Assembly (NCBI RefSeq): GCF_009834535.1
Contig: NC_045723.1
Coordinates: 2,914,001-2,978,000 of the forward strand
Reading direction: 5' to 3'
Length of the DNA: 64,000 nucleotides
DNA from: Camelus ferus
Taxonomy: Eukaryota
The notes below the pieces were generated by a model, which saw nothing but the letters and a program-made list of their open reading frames with translations, did no database searches and was not told where the DNA came from. Below, in pieces: positions 59,516 through 64,000 of this stretch (within the stretch, counting starts at the first letter, position 1; each line of letters opens with the position of its first letter). Both the position numbers and the translations under genes were made by a program.

Positions 59516-62500
59516 TGAAACACCAGGACTCCCCAGCCCAGAACACATGGCACCAGCGCCGGGAACCACCCCACAGGGGCCCAGCGGCCAGAGCCTCGTA
59601 CCAGCACAGCTACCCCGGATCTTTACGACAGCCGCTTCCCCACAGCAAAGCTGGACCCCTCCGTAACCAGCCCCCACCCTCCCCGACAGCCCAGCCCAAG
59701 AACAACTACCCCCAGCACCACACAACGCCCGCACCCTCCCTGGCCTCCAAAGCACTGTCTTCCGAGTCCCGGAGCGCAGCCCCGGCCCAGCCACACCACA
59801 CCTCCCACCCCCAGCAATGGTTGTATAAGGACCAGTGATAACAGAGCCTTTCCAGGGGAGCAGGAGCCTGGGTTGGCGTTCAGTTAGTGTCAAGGCCACG
59901 GTGGGCAGGCGACACGCAGCATCAGCAGCTGCACCACGTAGGTGACGGAGCCGTGGGCGGTGGGGGGGTGTGGAGCGACACCCAGAGAAGCAGCAAGGAA
60001 ACAGGAAAGAGGTCAGAGGCTGGTGACGAGAAAGGGAAAGAAGAGGGAAGAGGGGACCCACGGGGAGCAGGTGGGCCTGGGAAGGCCCTTCCACAATGGA
60101 GCACTGGGGTCTGATGCTTCATGGGGGCCCTGTCCCCTCCCCTTCCCTGGGCAGACCCTCCTTCTCCCTCTCAGGGCACTGGTATCAGAGGACATAGAAG
60201 CCCAGAGAGGAGGAGGGGGGAGGGACCTCAGGGTTGGGAAGCCCGAGGGTGGGGGCCAAAAGGGGCAACAGAGACAACAGCGGATAGAGATGTGGGCAGA
60301 GACAGGAGAGAGAGAGAGAAAGGAAGAGATGAGGGAGAAGCTGTAAGTAAGGGACCTAAGATCACAGAGAAACAGAGTTGGAGCAGAGAGGGGAAGGCAC
60401 AGTGGGGAGGACAGAGACACGGGGAGACAGATTTGGGATGCGAGGCTGAAATGGGTAGGGGTGACAATACTGGACACCACCCCAAGGACCCCCACAGCCC
60501 CCTGAATGCCAGCGGGCTCAGCCAGGTCCCACTGCACACAGGGCGTCCCTCCCGCTGTGTCCCAGTGAGTCCTGCGCATGAGCCTCGTCAGCCTCAGTGT
60601 CGGAGGGAGTCGCCAGCACTTCCATAAAGGTGACGCCCTGGCCCCACCTGCAGCTCATAGCTTCCCCACGAGGTCTGACCCCACCCCCAACACACACACA
60701 GACACACACACACACGGGTGTCTTCCCAGGGACCAGGTCCCAGGGACTGGCTCAGGCTCAGGGGAGGTCCCCAGAGTGCAACCAGACCCCCTGGGAGGGT
60801 ACAGAGAGCGGGAAGACCCTCTGGTCCAGCCACTGGGGACCCATCAAGGAGGCTTGGGTTGACCAAAACCAGAGCTGACCCACGGCGGCGGGGGGGGGGG
60901 GGGGGGCAGGAGGAAGGGGAGGCCTTCCTCTCTCCGCCGACGACACTCCCCTGCTCAAACGTCCTCTATGGCTCCTCATTGCCTTCCAGGTTTTCTAATT
61001 CCCTATCCTGGATTTACCCTCTCTTTCTGGCCAACCCATCCAAAGAAACTGAAGCACAGAGAGATTAAGTCACTTTCCCCGAGTAACTTACTCATACTTT
61101 AAGTAAAGTCTAAGTTTTCCTCGTGGACATTAGTAAAATGGGGATGGAAATAATTCCAGGCAGAGGGAACAGTAAATGCAAAAGCCCAGAGGTTTGCAAC
61201 ATAAGATATGCTTGGGGAACCCTGAAGATAATGCAGGAAATCAGTCAGAGCTGCTGGTAGGAAAGATCTTTCAAGTGGTTCTGGAGTGAACGGATTCAAG
61301 GGACAGGACTAGGGGCCTGGGAGACCCGGAAGGAGGCTGCGGTCTGCTCCATGCAGAGAACGTCCATGAAACAGGGCAGGAGGCAAAAGCCAGAGTTGGG
61401 GAACTGAGCGATCTTGGCTTGGGGAACAACGCCATCTGGTGGTACATATACAGAACTGCACCCTCTTTCAGTGATCAGTTAATAGTCACCTATTCGCGCG
61501 CAAGGGTTCCCAGTATGACACCCAGAAGAGATCACTTTTAATAAATTATTTCCAGCAATAATCATAACATGAAATAATAATGATGACCATAAAATAAATG
61601 CTGTGAAAATGTATTTCCCTTCTGATAGAATACTCCATATTAACAATGTAAATAATTTTCCAGTAACTAACAAGTGAATTTTAATGAAACTGAAATGTTG
61701 GCAAGCAGTACAATTCTGGAAGCCAAAAAATTGTACCATTGATGTAATATCTTTTTCTTGATCCATTCATTAGTTTTAAAGCCATAAATTAAAAAACAAT
61801 GCTTGCGTTTAATGGTGTTATTCAAATTCAGTAATACAGTTAGCTTATGAACTAAAATGTGCTCTTACCAACTAAAAATATTGTATCACATGGCTTTCAA
61901 GGCTTCACTATTTTAAAATTCAAACACAAATAAAATCTCCATATGGTGACACAGAATGACAAAATGGAAGTAATTTGAGTTTGCGGCTTTATCTTTTCAA
62001 TTGCTTTTCAAAGGCTCCCCTTGCCTGTTTTGAATCTAAAAGCAGGAAGATACGGTCTGGCAGGGCTTGGAGAGCCTGGAACAACCCCAAACCATTACAG
62101 ATTTACTCTCCAAACAAACACATAGCCTAGGTCTTCGTGTGTCTGGAGTTGACTTTATAACGGGGGTCTCCGAATTAACTTTCAGGCAGAACACAAAGTT
62201 CATTGACACTACGAACATGAAACTTACATGGAAACTATTCAAATTCAGTAAATGGTAAAATCAGAGTTAAGGTCTGTACGGAAGTTGATAATCCCAATGT
62301 CAAGGGCCTGGTTTTGACGATGTACTTACGTTTCACCGAGGTTCCTGGGTCTCCTCTTGAGCATCACCCACCTCGGGTGGGTAGGCCTCGGACTCCCGGC
62401 TCCACGCAGCAGAGAAAGCCCCAATCCCCTACAGTCCCACAAAACAGCCCCAGGCATCCTAGACCTCCACGAATTTTAAAGAAGAAAAGAAAATTTGCCC

Positions 62501-63236
62501 TCCCAGAAGCTGCAGAAAATCTCCTGCGCCTCTCCCAGGCTCCGGGTGGGATGCATGGCCGCCCTAGAGCCAGTGACTCCCCAGGGCCTGGCCAGGAGGA
62601 GGAGGCCCTGCTAGGTACCAGGGAAGAGGGGCCAACTGCGGGTGAGGAGGGGGGAGCAAGTCGAGAAAAGAAATTCAGGGACCTGGCTCCGTTTCCCCCG
62701 ACCTGTTGGGTTCTGTGCTCCCACACCCCACTTCCATGTGGAGACACTGAGGCAGCAAGAGCATGCAGGCAGGTCTTCTCCCGAGCAGGACTGACCTCTT
62801 CCCTAAGAGCACCCGGTGATGAAAATCTTGCTGAGGAGGGTGGGGCCTGAATGATAGCATCACCTGAGGAGACTTGGAAAGGCACCAGGGCTGGGGCATG
62901 GGTGGGGGCGGGGCGGCGCGTGTTCGAATCTCCTCAGGTGATGCTAACATGCCGTGGGCCCGGACCGCACGTGTCTCACGCGGTCCACAAGGGTCGGGAA
63001 GCTGAGGCCAGCAGTGCACGCAGCCCCTCAGCTCGGCCCGCAGGCTCACCGGCCACAGCCCCTCCCTCACATGAAGAAGTTCCAGGGAGAGAAATGGAAA
63101 AACCAGGCCCCAGACCCACACTAGAAAAGCTGCTTCCAGGCACTTCTCAAGGATCCTTTGTGAGAACCCAGCCCCTTCCCTAATCACACCCTCAGCCCAG
63201 AAAGATGAGGGACTCTTGTTTAAGAGAGAAGCTGAG

Positions 63237-63242
63237 TTTATT
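63237..63242 (-). terminator. Polyadenylation signal AATAAA of ZAP70
   Basis: tttatt on + strand, about 275 nt past the ZAP70 stop. Confidence 0.75.
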
Positions 63243-63517
63243 ACAATGGCTGAGGTCTTCTTGACACCGGAGGACTCCCAGAGTCTGCCCTTCAGGGCCC
63301 AGAGGAAGGAGGGTCCTTGTTGTAAGTAACACGTCTCAGCTCAGGCCCACCCTGCCCGGGTCTTCCCTCCTGCCCCAGCCAGAGGGGACGGGTGACAGTG
63401 TGGGCCTGGGACCTCAGCCGCCCCCTTGGCGGAGCCCAGTTGGTGGGGGAGAGGAGGAGAGGAGGAGAGGAAGTGAGCTGGGCCCAGCCAGACTGCAGGT
63501 CCTAGGCAGGCTGGGAC

Positions 63518-63641
63518 TCAGGCACTGGCAGCCTCCGCCCCCTTCCCAGATCCCCCGGGCTCCTCCACCTTGCTTGCCAAGCTGTAGTAGTAGGTGCGCA
63601 TGCGCTGCTCCACGGTCTGGAAGTCTGGACGGTCCTCCCAC
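63518..63641 (-). CDS. ZAP70: ZAP70 last coding exon: (K)[40 protein letters not shown]
   Basis: Minus-strand acceptor cccccgcag|g; 1+123 nt ending in TGA; matches the end of the ZAP70 kinase domain (WEDRPDF..VEQRMR..YYSLASK); ZAP70 is the known tail-to-tail neighbour of TMEM131. Confidence 0.95.
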
Positions 63642-64000
63642 CTGCGGGGGCGTAGGGGAGATCAAGGCCGCTGACCACACCCCCAGAACCCAACATCAGC
63701 TGGTGGGTGGACAGGCATGGGGCTCGGGAAGTCGAAGTCTGTGGGGCTGTCGGGGTGGTGGGGTATTGGGTACTGGAGCCGCCTCTGTGGGGTGAGAGTA
63801 CTTTCTAATAGAAGGGCTGATATCAGGATGTGGGGGACCACATACTGAGTGTTAACTGGTGAAGACTTAGGGAAGGGAACTCACTCAATGTTGGGGTAAC
63901 AACTGTTGACCACGGGGAGCTGGAACAGTGAATTTCAAAGTGCCGAGCATGTTTCTTTGGCCAGGGTATTTGGGTGCTAGGTGCGGGCTCACACAGGTGT

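Noticed and set aside
61479-61766. Channel S2-S3-like ORF (IKIHLLVTGKLFTLLIWSIL...YIF)
   Set aside because: The spacing does not fit HCN/KCNH S2-S3 without several gaps, and AT-rich DNA readily gives I/K/F/L-rich translations; an old transposon remnant is more likely.
59026-63795. Long ORFs (130-196 aa) on both strands in the GC-rich intergenic and ZAP70 region
   Set aside because: They are low-complexity GC/GT-rich sequence depleted of stop codons, several run through the minisatellite, and none resembles a known protein.

Overview
Mammalian genomic DNA, very probably a camelid (two tRNA-Ala-derived Vic-1-type SINEs). The + strand carries the 3' part of TMEM131: 30 coding exons from 6971 to the stop at 52740, with all visible splice sites GT-AG and phases compatible, one exon mostly hidden in an N gap, and polyA signal AATAAA at 53489. 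The - strand at the right end carries the last coding exon and polyA signal of ZAP70, so the two genes lie tail-to-tail. The ~9.7 kb gap between them contains an LTR-less, internally deleted class I ERV remnant (RT thumb fused to integrase, a small transmembrane ORF, and a broken ERV-V/PABL-like env) sandwiched between two L1 3' ends, a higher-order minisatellite and a GC-rich segment with weak hints of an eroded gene. TMEM131 introns carry ordinary mammalian repeats (L1, L2, MLT1, MER20/58/5, Charlie1, Tigger2-type). The most unusual intronic feature is a ~430 bp block present twice, 15.3 kb apart, each copy shaped like a cryptic terminal exon (3' splice site, early stop, AATAAA). No prokaryotic systems, CRISPR arrays or rRNA are present. 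Comparisons to human proteins and repeat consensus sequences are from memory, not from a database search.
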